From Gemmatimonadaceae bacterium (GTDB lineage: Bacteria > Gemmatimonadota > Gemmatimonadetes > Gemmatimonadales > Gemmatimonadaceae), in assembly GCA_036003525.1 (NCBI GenBank), contig DASYSH010000339.1:1-39604 (forward strand): a stretch of 39,604 nucleotides of DNA, read 5' to 3'. A program made the translations under genes and the position numbers. The notes beneath the pieces are model-generated. The model ran no database searches, was not told the DNA's origin, and saw nothing but the letters and a program-made list of their open reading frames with translations. This document shows, one piece after another, positions 30,792-39,604 of the stretch (position 1 is the first letter of the stretch; each line of letters starts with the position of its first letter).

Positions 30792-32338
30792 TGCGGGCCC
30801 GCGCCACGGCGGTCGCATCCGGTTTTCTCGCCGCGGTGTTCGCGGCGGGCGCGCCGCGCGCGACAGTCGCGCAGGCGACCGACTGCCCGCAGACCGACAC
30901 GGCATGCGTCGCGCCGCCGGTGATGCGCGAGTTTCGCGGCGTGTGGGTCGCGACGGTGCGCAATCTCGACTGGCCGTCGCGTCCCGGCCTTCCGCCGTCG
31001 CTTGCAAAAGCGGAGTTGATTGCGCTGCTCGATCGCGCGGCGGCCGACGGACTGAACGCCGTGCTGTTCCAGGTGCGGCCCGCAGCCGATGCCCTGTACG
31101 CGTCGAAGATCGAGCCATGGTCCGAGTATCTGACAGGAAAGCAGGGAATGGCGCCCGTCCCGCTCTGGGATCCGCTCGAGTTCGCGGTGGAGCAGGCGCA
31201 TGCGCGCGGAATCGAATTGCATGCGTGGTTCAATCCGTATCGCGCGAAAGAGCCGTCGGCGAAAGGACCGCTCGCCGCATCGCACATCGCGAAGCGGCAT
31301 CCGGAGCTCGTCAAGAAATACGGCACGCAACTGTGGATGGATCCGGGTGAGCCGGCGGTTCGCGATCAAACGCTGCGCGTCGTGCTTGATGTCGTAAAGC
31401 GCTACGACATCGATGGGGTGCATCTCGATGACTATTTCTATCCGTATCCGGAGCGGCGGCCCAACGGGTCCACCGATTTTCCGGATGACCGAAGCTGGAA
31501 GGCGTATAAAAAGGCCGGCGGCAGGCTCGCGCGCGACGATTGGCGCCGCGCGAACGTCGACGATCTGATCGAGGCGCTCCACAAGGCGATCGCGAAAGAA
31601 AAACCGTGGGTGAAGTTCGGAATCTCGCCCTTTCAGCTCTGGCGTCCGGGATTCCCCGATTCGGTCACGACCGGACTCGACGCGTACGCGACGCTCTACG
31701 CCGATTCGCGAAAGTGGTTCGTCAACGGCTGGGTCGACTATCTCTCGCCGCAGCTTTACCGGCGCGTCGATGAGGAGCGCAGCTATTCCGTGCTGCTGCG
31801 CTGGTGGGCGTCGCAGAACGCGATGCAGCGACATCTCTGGCCCGGTCTCTACACGTCGGGCGTCCGCACCGGCGCCGCGACGGAATGGCGCCGCGACGAG
31901 ATCCTCGCGCAGGTTCTCGCGACGCGCAACTGGCCCGGCGTCACGGGAGAAGTGCATTTCTCGATGGAGGCGTTTCTCCGCGACCGCGACAGCGTTGGAA
32001 CCGCGCTCAAGCGAACGCTGTATGCGGAACCCGCGCTCGTGCCCGAATCTCCGTGGATGATGACGAATGGCGCGCCCGCGACACCGTCGATCAGTTTGAA
32101 GCGCGTCGCCGCCGGCGATACGCTCCTGATCACCGCGCCCCCGGGCGCGGCCCCGCGCTGGCTCGTTGTGCAGCTCCATGCGGGGCTATCGTGGGAAACG
32201 CACATCCTCGACGGCACGGTGCGCGCGTTCGGGCTTCCGAAATCCGTCGGCCCCGACGCGCGGCCGGAACTCGCCGTCGTCACGGCCGTCAACCGCGTCG
32301 GCAAAGCCGGTGCGCCGTCGGCATTGCGCCTTCCCTGA
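30788..32338 (+). CDS. glycosyl-hydrolase-like family 10 (GHL10/YngK-like) secreted protein
   Basis: 516 aa with a signal peptide. FRGVWVATVRNLDWPS...NAVLFQVRPAADALYAS..EPWSEYLTGKQG...HARGIELHAWFNPYRA...VHLDDYFYP. The start overlaps the SCO stop (GTGA); ATG 30791 is an alternative start. Confidence 0.75.
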   Translation: MMRARATAVASGFLAAVFAAGAPRATVAQATDCPQTDTACVAPPVMREFRGVWVATVRNLDWPSRPGLPPSLAKAELIALLDRAAADGLNAVLFQVRPAADALYASKIEPWSEYLTGKQGMAPVPLWDPLEFAVEQAHARGIELHAWFNPYRAKEPSAKGPLAASHIAKRHPELVKKYGTQLWMDPGEPAVRDQTLRVVLDVVKRYDIDGVHLDDYFYPYPERRPNGSTDFPDDRSWKAYKKAGGRLARDDWRRANVDDLIEALHKAIAKEKPWVKFGISPFQLWRPGFPDSVTTGLDAYATLYADSRKWFVNGWVDYLSPQLYRRVDEERSYSVLLRWWASQNAMQRHLWPGLYTSGVRTGAATEWRRDEILAQVLATRNWPGVTGEVHFSMEAFLRDRDSVGTALKRTLYAEPALVPESPWMMTNGAPATPSISLKRVAAGDTLLITAPPGAAPRWLVVQLHAGLSWETHILDGTVRAFGLPKSVGPDARPELAVVTAVNRVGKAGAPSALRLP

Positions 32339-32360
32339 CCGCCTCCTTTCTTCTTCCGAC

Positions 32361-33632
32361 GTGAAACGCTTCTCCCGCAACCTCACCGCGCAAGTGCTCG
32401 TCGCCGTCGCGCTCGGCGTCATCTTCGGCGTGCTCGATCCCGCGCTCGCCAAACAGATGCGTCCGCTCGGCGACACGTTCGTGAAACTCGTGAAGATGGT
32501 GATCGGACCGATCATCTTCCTGACGATCGTGCTCGGCATTGCGCGCGTGGCCGACGTGAAAAAGATCGGCCGCGTGGGCGGAAAGGCGTTCCTTTACTTC
32601 GAGATCGTCACGACGTTCGCGCTCGCCATCGGGCTGACGGTCGTCAACATCGCGAAGCCGGGCGCGGGCCTCGACGCCAATGCGCTGCCGAAGGGCGACG
32701 TCTCGCAGTACGCCACGGCGGGACAGTCGATGAAGTTCACGGACTTCATGACGCACATCGTGCCGTCGAGTCCCGTCGACGCGTTCGCGCAGGGTGACAT
32801 TCTGCAAATCGTTTTCTTCGCAATTCTATTTGGCTTCGCGGTCGTTACTCTCGGCAGGAAGTCAGAGCCATTGATGGGCGTGCTCGAGACGACGCTCGAC
32901 GTGTTTTTTCGCATCGTCGATTTCATCATGCGGGTTGCGCCGATCGGGGCGTTCGGCGCGATGGCGTATACGATCGGCGCGTTCGGCATCCAGACGCTGC
33001 TCCCGCTCGGACGCCTGATGGTCGACGTGTACCTCACGATGTTCCTGTTCATCTTCGTCGTGCTGTACCTGATCCTGCGCTGGTACGGGTTCAGTCTCTG
33101 GGCGTATCTCAAATATATTCGCGAAGAGATACTAATTGTCGTCGGCACGAGTTCCTCGGAGGCGGCGCTGCCCGGACTCATGACGAAGCTCGAACGCTAC
33201 GGCTGCGCGCGACCGGTCGTCGGACTCGTCGTGCCGACGGGCTATTCGTTCAATCTCGACGGTACGAGCATCTATCTGTCGATGGCCACGCTCTTTCTCG
33301 CGCAGGTATACGGAGTGCCGCTCACCATCGGCCAGCAGATCGGGATTCTCGCCGTCCTCATGATCACGTCGAAGGGGGCCGCCGGCGTGACCGGCTCCGG
33401 ATTCATCGTCCTCGCGAGCACGCTGTCGGCGATGAAGGTCGTCCCGATCGAGGGCATCGCGCTGCTGCTCGGTGTCGACCGGTTCATGAGCCAGGCCCGG
33501 TCGATCACGAACCTCATCGGCAACGGCGCCGCGACGCTCGTGATTTCGCGCAGCGAAAACGAGTTCGACGAAAGCAAGCGCGCCTCGGCGGTCGTGGAGA
33601 TCGCCGAGGCGCGCAGTGCTGCAGCCGCCTGA
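32361..33632 (+). CDS. dctA: C4-dicarboxylate/cation symporter DctA (DAACS family)
   Basis: GTG start at 32361 (VKRFSRNLTAQVLVAVALGV). Motifs LVKMVIGPIIF, GTSSSEAALP, VVPTGYSFNLDGTSIY, TSKGAAGVTGSGF. The track's N-terminal 65 codons overlap the GHL10 gene and are Arg/Ser-rich. Confidence 0.85.
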   Translation: MKRFSRNLTAQVLVAVALGVIFGVLDPALAKQMRPLGDTFVKLVKMVIGPIIFLTIVLGIARVADVKKIGRVGGKAFLYFEIVTTFALAIGLTVVNIAKPGAGLDANALPKGDVSQYATAGQSMKFTDFMTHIVPSSPVDAFAQGDILQIVFFAILFGFAVVTLGRKSEPLMGVLETTLDVFFRIVDFIMRVAPIGAFGAMAYTIGAFGIQTLLPLGRLMVDVYLTMFLFIFVVLYLILRWYGFSLWAYLKYIREEILIVVGTSSSEAALPGLMTKLERYGCARPVVGLVVPTGYSFNLDGTSIYLSMATLFLAQVYGVPLTIGQQIGILAVLMITSKGAAGVTGSGFIVLASTLSAMKVVPIEGIALLLGVDRFMSQARSITNLIGNGAATLVISRSENEFDESKRASAVVEIAEARSAAAA

Positions 33633-33634
33633 AA

Positions 33635-36600
33635 TTATTTCTTGATCTTTCTCAGCAGCTCGTCGAACCCTCCACCGCCGCCGCCCGCTCCGCTCGCACG
33701 CTCGACGTGCAGCAGCTGTTTCTGCGTCTGTCCGTTGATGGTGATCGAGACGAGATAGTCACCGGTGCCGACGATCGGCGCCGGTCCGCGACCGCCGCCG
33801 AAGAGTGACTGGAGAATCGGCCCGCGTCCGGCGCCGCCGAGTGCGGAGAAAATTGCCTGAGGATCAATCGGTGCTTCGGCTGGCGGACCGCCTGTTGTTG
33901 CTGCGGGAGCGCCTGGCGCAGCGGCAGGAGTTGCCGGAGCTGCGCCTGCCGGAGCTGCGCCCGCCGGAGCCGCGCCTGCCGGAACTGCACCGCGTCCCCC
34001 GCCTGCGCCCGCACCGCGAGCACCAGGCGCCGGCGTCATGTTCTCGCCGGGCCGCTCCTGAAATCCGCGGCCGCCAGATCCCGCGCCGCCGCCGAAGCCC
34101 TGCGGAAACAATCCCTGAATTCCTTCTCCGTTCGACATCACGGTGCGAATTCTGTCGACTGTCGATTTCGGCAGCGTGCCTTCCTTCTCGACCGTATCGA
34201 GCAGCGCGGCAAGTTTCTGCGCGTTGCGCACCGAGTCGCGAATGCCCGCCGGTGACAGCGCGATCGCCGGCGCCGGTTTGCCGCGGAAATTCCATACCAC
34301 GCGCTGAATGCCTGCGCGTCCCGGTCCGTTGAGCGTCGCGAGCGTGTCACCGCGCGCATCCTGCACGACGACTTTCACCTGGCCCGTGATCGGCTGCGTG
34401 ACGCGGTAGACAATTTCCGCGCCGAACTGCGGGCTTTGCGCTTCGAACAATTTCTGCCCGACCGACTGGCCGTCGAACGCGCGCTCGCCCCACTGGAACG
34501 CCGTCTTCGGCGCAAACAGATGGAGCGGCTTATCGGCGACCTGCTGCGTCCACTGCTGGAGTGGCGCGATGTCGACGATCCAGAAACTGCGGCCGTGCGT
34601 CGCGGCGATCAGCTCGCCGTCGCGCGGATGAATCTGCAAATCCATCACCGGCACGGTCGGAAGACCGGTCATGAACTTCGACCAGCTCTGTCCCTTGTTG
34701 GTCGAGACGTACGCACCGACATCCGTTCCGACGAACAGCAGGTTCCTGTTCTTGAGATCTTCGCGCACGACGTACACGAAGTCCGGGCCGCCGGTCGGAA
34801 GATTGTTTGAAATTGATTTGAATGTCTTGCCGCCGTCCGACGTCGCGAACACATATGGCATGAAATCGTCGCGGCGATGATTGTCGTACGTCACGTAGAA
34901 CGTGAGCGAATCGAAATGCGACGGCTCGATGCGCGAGACATACGTTCCGGCCGGAACGCCAACGACGTTCTTGGTGAGATCGTTCCAGCTGCCGCCATCG
35001 TTCCACGTCACCCAGAGGCGGCCGTCATCGGTGCCCGCGAACAGAATTCCGGGGCGGATCGGCGATTCGTTCAGCGAGACGACGTTGGCGAACGTTTCCG
35101 CGCCGGTGGCATCTGTCGTGATGCCGCCGGTCGTCTGCGTCGAGATGCGGATCTTCGTGGTGTCCGCGTACGAGAGATCGGGGGAGATCGGATACATCTC
35201 GTCGCCCGATTTCGTCGATTTGAGGACGCGGTTCGCGCCGAAGTACAGCACCTGCGGATTGTGCTTCGAGATGAAGAACGGCGTGTTCCAGTTCCAGCGC
35301 ATGTCGAGGTCGACCGAGTCGCGCTTCTGCTGCATGCGGAACGCGTCGAGACGCTTCTTGTCGTCCTTGGAGAGCGCCTTCGTTGTATCCGGCCAGAGCA
35401 CGGCGACCGAGTCTTCCCACTGCGTGTATTTCGGCTTCCACTGCGGCTTCGCAAGGCCGGACCCCTGGCCCGTCGAAACGACGTAACGGGCGATGTTGCC
35501 GCCCTGCGACTCGCCGTAGATGATGTCGGGGTTGGTTGGATCCTGCGCCGTCACGAAACCGTCGCCGCCGTTGAACGTGTACCACATCGAATTCGTGATC
35601 GAGCCGGAGCGGCGACGGCTCGGCCCGCACCACGCGCCGTTATCCTGCGCGCCGCCGCACACGTTGTACGGCACGGCCATGTCGAACGACACGTTGTAGT
35701 ACTGGCCGATCGGGAGCTGGTTCATCGCGTCCCAGTTGCCGCCGCCGTCCCACGTCTGCGCCACGCCGCCGTCGTCACCGACGATGATGTGCGAGGGATC
35801 CTTCGGATCGATCCACATCGCGTGATGATCGACGTGCACGTTGTTCGTCGTGTTGCCCGTCGTCTTGCCGCCGTCGAGAGAGAATTTGATCGGCGTGCTC
35901 GACCAGAACACATGGTTCGGATTCGTCGGATCCACGCGCACCTGCGAGTAGTAGAAGGGGCGCGTGTTTTCGTCGTTCACTTTTTCCCACGTCTTGCCGG
36001 CGTCCGCGGAACGGTAGAGTCCGGACGGCGATTTCGCGGCCTTCACTTTCGGATCCTTCTTCGGATTCGGAAGCGTGTCCGCTTCGAGCTGCAGATACAT
36101 CACGTTCGCATCGGAGGCCGCGATCGCGATGCTGATTCGCCCCTTCGGCGTTTCCGGAAGGCCGCCGCCTTTCACTTCAGTCCACGTCTCTCCCGCATCG
36201 GTGCTCTTCCACAGCGCCGACCCCGGGCCGCCAGACTGAAGGAAATACGGTCCGCGCACGCGCTCGTAACTCGATGCCCACACGACATTCGGATCGCGCG
36301 GATCGAGCGCGACGTCCACGAAGCCTGCTTTATCGCTGATGAATTTCTTCAGCGCCCAAGTCTTTCCGCCGTCGGTCGTCTTGTAGAGCCCGCGCTCCTT
36401 GTTCGAGCCCCATGCGTGGCCGAGCGCCGCGACGTATACGGTGTTCGGATCGCGAGGGTGCACGACGACGCGGCCGATCTGCTGCGTTTCCTTGAGGCCG
36501 ATGAATTCCCACGTCTTTCCGCCATTCACCGTCTTGTACAATCCGGCGCCCGGTGAAATCGAATTGCGTGTGTTCGGCTCGCCCGTGCCGTAATAGACGA

Positions 36601-36898
36601 TGTTCGTGTCGCTCGGCGCGATCGCGAGCATTCCGCCCGACGACACGTGCTCGTTCTCGAACACCGGCCGGAACGTCGTGCCCGCGTTCGTCGATTTCCA
36701 CACGCCACCGCCGGCGCTCGCGACATAAAACGTCCGTGAAGGCCACGGAATTCCCTGCACGTCCGTGACGCGGCCCTGGTGGTTGGCAGGTCCGATGCTC
36801 CGCCAGCGCATGCCGGCAATCGTGAGCGAATCGGGTTGTTGCGCCGCGAGCGGCACGGCGATGAGTGCCAGCAGCGGCAGAATCCGTACGGTGCGCAT
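33635..36898 (-). CDS. VPS10/sortilin-like multi-BNR beta-propeller secreted protein with low-complexity C-terminal region
   Basis: 1087 aa. Signal peptide MRTVRILPLLALIAVPLAAQ. Many Asp-box repeats (KSTNAGTTF, KTVNGGKTW, KTTDGGKTW, KSTDAGETW, RSADAGKTW, SLDGGKTT, TWDGGGNW, TSDGGKTF, STNKGQSW). Confidence 0.8.
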   Translation of the reverse strand: MRTVRILPLLALIAVPLAAQQPDSLTIAGMRWRSIGPANHQGRVTDVQGIPWPSRTFYVASAGGGVWKSTNAGTTFRPVFENEHVSSGGMLAIAPSDTNIVYYGTGEPNTRNSISPGAGLYKTVNGGKTWEFIGLKETQQIGRVVVHPRDPNTVYVAALGHAWGSNKERGLYKTTDGGKTWALKKFISDKAGFVDVALDPRDPNVVWASSYERVRGPYFLQSGGPGSALWKSTDAGETWTEVKGGGLPETPKGRISIAIAASDANVMYLQLEADTLPNPKKDPKVKAAKSPSGLYRSADAGKTWEKVNDENTRPFYYSQVRVDPTNPNHVFWSSTPIKFSLDGGKTTGNTTNNVHVDHHAMWIDPKDPSHIIVGDDGGVAQTWDGGGNWDAMNQLPIGQYYNVSFDMAVPYNVCGGAQDNGAWCGPSRRRSGSITNSMWYTFNGGDGFVTAQDPTNPDIIYGESQGGNIARYVVSTGQGSGLAKPQWKPKYTQWEDSVAVLWPDTTKALSKDDKKRLDAFRMQQKRDSVDLDMRWNWNTPFFISKHNPQVLYFGANRVLKSTKSGDEMYPISPDLSYADTTKIRISTQTTGGITTDATGAETFANVVSLNESPIRPGILFAGTDDGRLWVTWNDGGSWNDLTKNVVGVPAGTYVSRIEPSHFDSLTFYVTYDNHRRDDFMPYVFATSDGGKTFKSISNNLPTGGPDFVYVVREDLKNRNLLFVGTDVGAYVSTNKGQSWSKFMTGLPTVPVMDLQIHPRDGELIAATHGRSFWIVDIAPLQQWTQQVADKPLHLFAPKTAFQWGERAFDGQSVGQKLFEAQSPQFGAEIVYRVTQPITGQVKVVVQDARGDTLATLNGPGRAGIQRVVWNFRGKPAPAIALSPAGIRDSVRNAQKLAALLDTVEKEGTLPKSTVDRIRTVMSNGEGIQGLFPQGFGGGAGSGGRGFQERPGENMTPAPGARGAGAGGGRGAVPAGAAPAGAAPAGAAPATPAAAPGAPAATTGGPPAEAPIDPQAIFSALGGAGRGPILQSLFGGGRGPAPIVGTGDYLVSITINGQTQKQLLHVERASGAGGGGGGFDELLRKIKK
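33932..33991. repeat. 15-bp tandem repeat x4 (encodes (PAGAA)n in the VPS10-like protein)
   Basis: TGCCGGAGCTGCGCC / TGCCGGAGCTGCGCC / CGCCGGAGCCGCGCC / TGCCGGAACTGCACC. Read on the minus strand this gives VPAGAAPAGAAPAGAAPAT. Confidence 0.8.
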
Positions 36899-36923
36899 AG
36901 GTGAGGGATGAGGGGGTTTGCTA

Positions 36924-37526
36924 TTACGGGCGGTACAGCTCGGGATACTTGACCTTCAGGTTTTCAACTTTCGGAATGTCGTTGTATACGATGTACGGCT
37001 GCGTCGGGTGCAGCGCGAGGTAATTCTGGTGGTAGTCTTCCGCCGGATAGAATTTCTTCAGCGGGACGACCTGCGTGACGATCGGGTGCTTGTAGGCCTT
37101 CGCTGCGGTGAGATCTGCGATCGCCTTCTGCGCCGCCGCCTGCTGATCGGCGTTCGCGTACCAGATCGCAGACCGGTATTGCGTCCCTTCGTCAGGTCCC
37201 TGGCGGTTCAACTCGGTGGGATCGTGCGCGACGGAGAAGAAAACCTTCAGCAGAGTCGTGTACGGAACCACCGCGGGATCGAACGTCACCTGCACCGATT
37301 CGGCGTGGCCTGTCGTTCCTTCGCTGACGATCTCGTAGTGCGCCGTCGACGCATCTCCTCCCGAATATCCCGACACGACTTTCGTCACGCCCTTCACGTG
37401 CTTGAACACGGCGTCGACGCCCCAGAAACAGCCGCCCGAAAAAACCGCGGTCTGGGTCTGCGCGCCCGCCGCAAGCGGAAGCGCGACGGCAAACATGAGC
37501 GCACGAATAAATGAACTGCGCGGCAT
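36924..37526 (-). CDS. msrA: peptide-methionine (S)-S-oxide reductase MsrA, exported form
   Basis: 200 aa. Signal peptide, then AVFSGGCFWGVDAVFKHVKGVTKVVSGYSGG...GHAESVQVTFDP...DPTELNRQGPDEGTQYRS. Confidence 0.9.
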   Translation of the reverse strand: MPRSSFIRALMFAVALPLAAGAQTQTAVFSGGCFWGVDAVFKHVKGVTKVVSGYSGGDASTAHYEIVSEGTTGHAESVQVTFDPAVVPYTTLLKVFFSVAHDPTELNRQGPDEGTQYRSAIWYANADQQAAAQKAIADLTAAKAYKHPIVTQVVPLKKFYPAEDYHQNYLALHPTQPYIVYNDIPKVENLKVKYPELYRP

Positions 37527-37552
37527 GGAAGACTCCTTGGTCCTTATGCGGT

Positions 37553-38323
37553 TTACGACGGCGGCGGAATCCGGTCGTCGGGCGGGACGAAGTTAGACAG
37601 GAATTGTTTTTCCTGAGGCGTCAGGCTCACCAGGCCCGATGCATTGATCTTGTCGAGAATACGGTTCACTTCCTCGCGATTCAGCTCGTGGATGGACTGC
37701 ATGTCCACCTTTTTCCAGTTCGTCAGCTGCCGGTCCGGTAGCGGCGAAACGGCGAGCTGCTTGAAACGCTTGGTGCCTCTCGTTTCATCGAGCCACAGCA
37801 GATACAGATACGCGCCCGCGTAGCCGCCGAGGTGCGCGAAATCCGCGTCGCCTCCGGCCGAACCGTTCAGCCCGGAGTAAATCGCAAAAATGATCGTGAA
37901 GATGACGAGCCACCGCGCCTCGATCGGAAGAACGCCCCAGAGATAGATCTTGTCCGTCGGCCAGAACTTCGCGAACGCGAGAAGCACGCCGTAGATCGCC
38001 GCGGACGCGCCGAGGATCGACGCATGCGGCGCGAGCCAGAACGACAGCAGTCCGCCGGCGATTCCGCTCAGGAAATACAGCCAGAGAAAGCGGCTCGAAC
38101 CAAGGCGCTGCTCCACCCGGGGCCCGAAGAAATAGAGTCCGAGCATGTTCAGCAGAATGTGCATGACGCTGCCATGCAGGAACATGTACGTCACGATCGT
38201 CCACGGGCGGGCGAGCGCGGCGTACGGCGCGAACAGCAGCGCCTCGGTGACACCGGGCATCGTCTGTTGGACGAAATACATCCCGATGTTCGCGATCAGC
38301 AGATTTCTGACCCAGGGGGTCAT
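37553..38323 (-). CDS. rhomboid-family intramembrane serine protease
   Basis: 256 aa. FLHGSVMHILLNMLGLYFFG, catalytic Ser motif GASAAIYG, and His motif AHLGGYAGAY. Soluble C-terminal tail of about 70 aa. Confidence 0.85.
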   Translation of the reverse strand: MTPWVRNLLIANIGMYFVQQTMPGVTEALLFAPYAALARPWTIVTYMFLHGSVMHILLNMLGLYFFGPRVEQRLGSSRFLWLYFLSGIAGGLLSFWLAPHASILGASAAIYGVLLAFAKFWPTDKIYLWGVLPIEARWLVIFTIIFAIYSGLNGSAGGDADFAHLGGYAGAYLYLLWLDETRGTKRFKQLAVSPLPDRQLTNWKKVDMQSIHELNREEVNRILDKINASGLVSLTPQEKQFLSNFVPPDDRIPPPS

Positions 38324-38368
38324 GCGGGGATCCTCATCACCCGCTCAATATATCAGAACAGAGCAGTC

Positions 38369-39604
38369 TTATTCGTCTCTCAATGCCGTAATCGGGTCGA
38401 GTCCGGCCGCGCGGCGGGCCGGCAGCCAGCAGGCCAGTGCCGCGATGGCGCAAAAGAGCAGGGCCACGGCGACGAACGTCATCGGATCGGTCGGCGCGAC
38501 GCCAACGAGCATGCTCCGCATCACGCGCGTGAGCGCGAACGCCGACACGAGACCAAGCGCGATGCCCGACATGCTCAGTCGCATGCCCTGCCCGATGACG
38601 AGCCGGAAGATGTCCTGCTTCGACGACCCGAGCGCCATCCGCACGCCGATCTCGGCGGTGCGCTGCCGCACGACGGTCGAGAGAACGCCGTACAGACCGA
38701 CGCCCGAGAGTATGACCGCGATCCCGGCGAAAATTCCGATGAGAATCAGCGCGAATCTCGTCGGTGCCTCCGCGACGCTCACGTACGCGGCCATCGGTTT
38801 CATGTCGGCGACCGGCACGAGCGGATCGACCGACGCAACGGCGGCCTTCGCCGCCGCGGCGAGCTGCCCGGGATCGCCCGTGGTGCGCATCACCCAGCTG
38901 TTTGCCGCGGCGAATCCGAACTCACCATCGAGCATGTAGATCGTCTCGCGTCCGTCGGTCGCCAAACCCTGGTGGCGCTGGTGCTGCACGACTCCCACGA
39001 TGTCCATCCATTCCGGATCGTTGCTGCGAGAGCGCATGAAGATCCGCTTGCCCACGGGGCTTTCGCCCGGAAATATTTTCGACGCGAGCAGGTTGTCGAT
39101 GATGATGCTCTTTCCCGCCGGGATGTTGTCGGCGGACGTAAAATCGCGCCCGGAGAGAATGCGCGTGCGCATCGCGTCGAAGTAGCCGGGGATCACGATG
39201 TGCAGGTTTGCCTGCTTGAACGTCGAAGGATCAGTCACGGCGCTCTCCGTGCCATAGCGCACGTTGGATTCGACGCCGCTGAGCGGCAGCGGAAACACGA
39301 ACGTCGTGGCGGTGACTCCGGGGATTGCGGCGAGCTTCTGATGGATCGCTTCGACGATCGCGCTGCGTTCCTCGGGCGTGCGCTTCGCGATTTGCACGCT
39401 GAATGTCTCGAGTCCGGCCGGATCGTATCCGGGGTTCGTGTTCGCGAGCGTCATGAAGCTCCGGAACATCAGCCCGCTTCCGATCAGCAGCACGAACGCC
39501 AGCGCAACTTCGGCCATCACGACGCCGCTCCGCAGCATCCGGCCGCCGCCGAGTTCGGACATCCGTCCGCTCTGCCGCAGCACGCCGATCAAATCTGGGC
39601 GCGA
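38369..39604 (-). CDS. ABC-transporter permease, MacB/FtsX-like (ADOP-type duplicated permease), partial (N-terminus beyond window end)
   Basis: The frame is open to the window edge upstream of the track's TTG at 39592. It shows a TM helix (VVMAEVALAFVLLIGSGLMF), a MacB-like periplasmic domain, and a C-terminal FtsX domain (LILIGIFAGIAVILSGVGLYGVLSTVVRQRTAEIGVRMALGSS...). Confidence 0.8.
   Translation of the reverse strand, partial: SRPDLIGVLRQSGRMSELGGGRMLRSGVVMAEVALAFVLLIGSGLMFRSFMTLANTNPGYDPAGLETFSVQIAKRTPEERSAIVEAIHQKLAAIPGVTATTFVFPLPLSGVESNVRYGTESAVTDPSTFKQANLHIVIPGYFDAMRTRILSGRDFTSADNIPAGKSIIIDNLLASKIFPGESPVGKRIFMRSRSNDPEWMDIVGVVQHQRHQGLATDGRETIYMLDGEFGFAAANSWVMRTTGDPGQLAAAAKAAVASVDPLVPVADMKPMAAYVSVAEAPTRFALILIGIFAGIAVILSGVGLYGVLSTVVRQRTAEIGVRMALGSSKQDIFRLVIGQGMRLSMSGIALGLVSAFALTRVMRSMLVGVAPTDPMTFVAVALLFCAIAALACWLPARRAAGLDPITALRDE

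Overview
GC-rich, tightly packed bacterial chromosomal segment. I count about 32 protein-coding genes, roughly 26 of them on the minus strand, plus one tRNA-Cys(GCA). I see no rRNA, CRISPR array, transposase, integrase, phage gene or recognisable defence gene. The gene set includes giant CarboxypepD_reg/TonB-type outer-membrane proteins, VPS10/BNR propellers, an ADOP-type duplicated FtsX permease and a type III glutamine synthetase. By inference only, that mix suggests a Gemmatimonadota- or Acidobacteriota-like organism.

Content in window order:
- MFS transporter (partial).
- Operon of SPFH protein, small Zn-ribbon protein and OB/HD (YhaM-like) protein.
- TolB-like propeller and S41 Ctp protease.
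- Co-directional string of an H1-like Lys/Ala-rich protein, a MerR-like HTH protein, an SDR and a RepA(RPA)-like protein.
- Zn-ribbon membrane protein, Mqn-like protein and a REC-HD-GYP regulator.
- glnA (GSI-alpha) and glnN (GSIII), convergent around an Omp85-like gene and a nested palindrome.
- A 1294-aa TonB-type outer-membrane protein.
- DASS transporter, tRNA-Cys and a REC-EAL regulator.
- A CarboxypepD_reg plus plug protein with no barrel.
- Amidase, TauE and a persulfide-dioxygenase/rhodanese fusion.
- BNR lipoprotein, SCO1, GHL10 and DctA.
- VPS10-like giant propeller, MsrA, rhomboid and an ADOP permease (partial).

No clear-cut novel system is evident. The best candidates for something undescribed are:
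1. The C-terminal tail of the TonB-type barrel, which looks Spy/CpxP-like (two LTxxQ motifs) and is flanked by RGG/poly-Gly linkers.
2. The H1-like/MerR-like/SDR/RepA-like gene string, which sits in a housekeeping context.
3. The nested 107-nt palindrome between the two glutamine synthetase genes.
4. An amidase whose coding-like N-terminal 34 codons have no canonical start codon; a CTG preceded by a Shine-Dalgarno sequence is the candidate start.

All functional calls come from reading the translations for motifs by eye. No database search was run.
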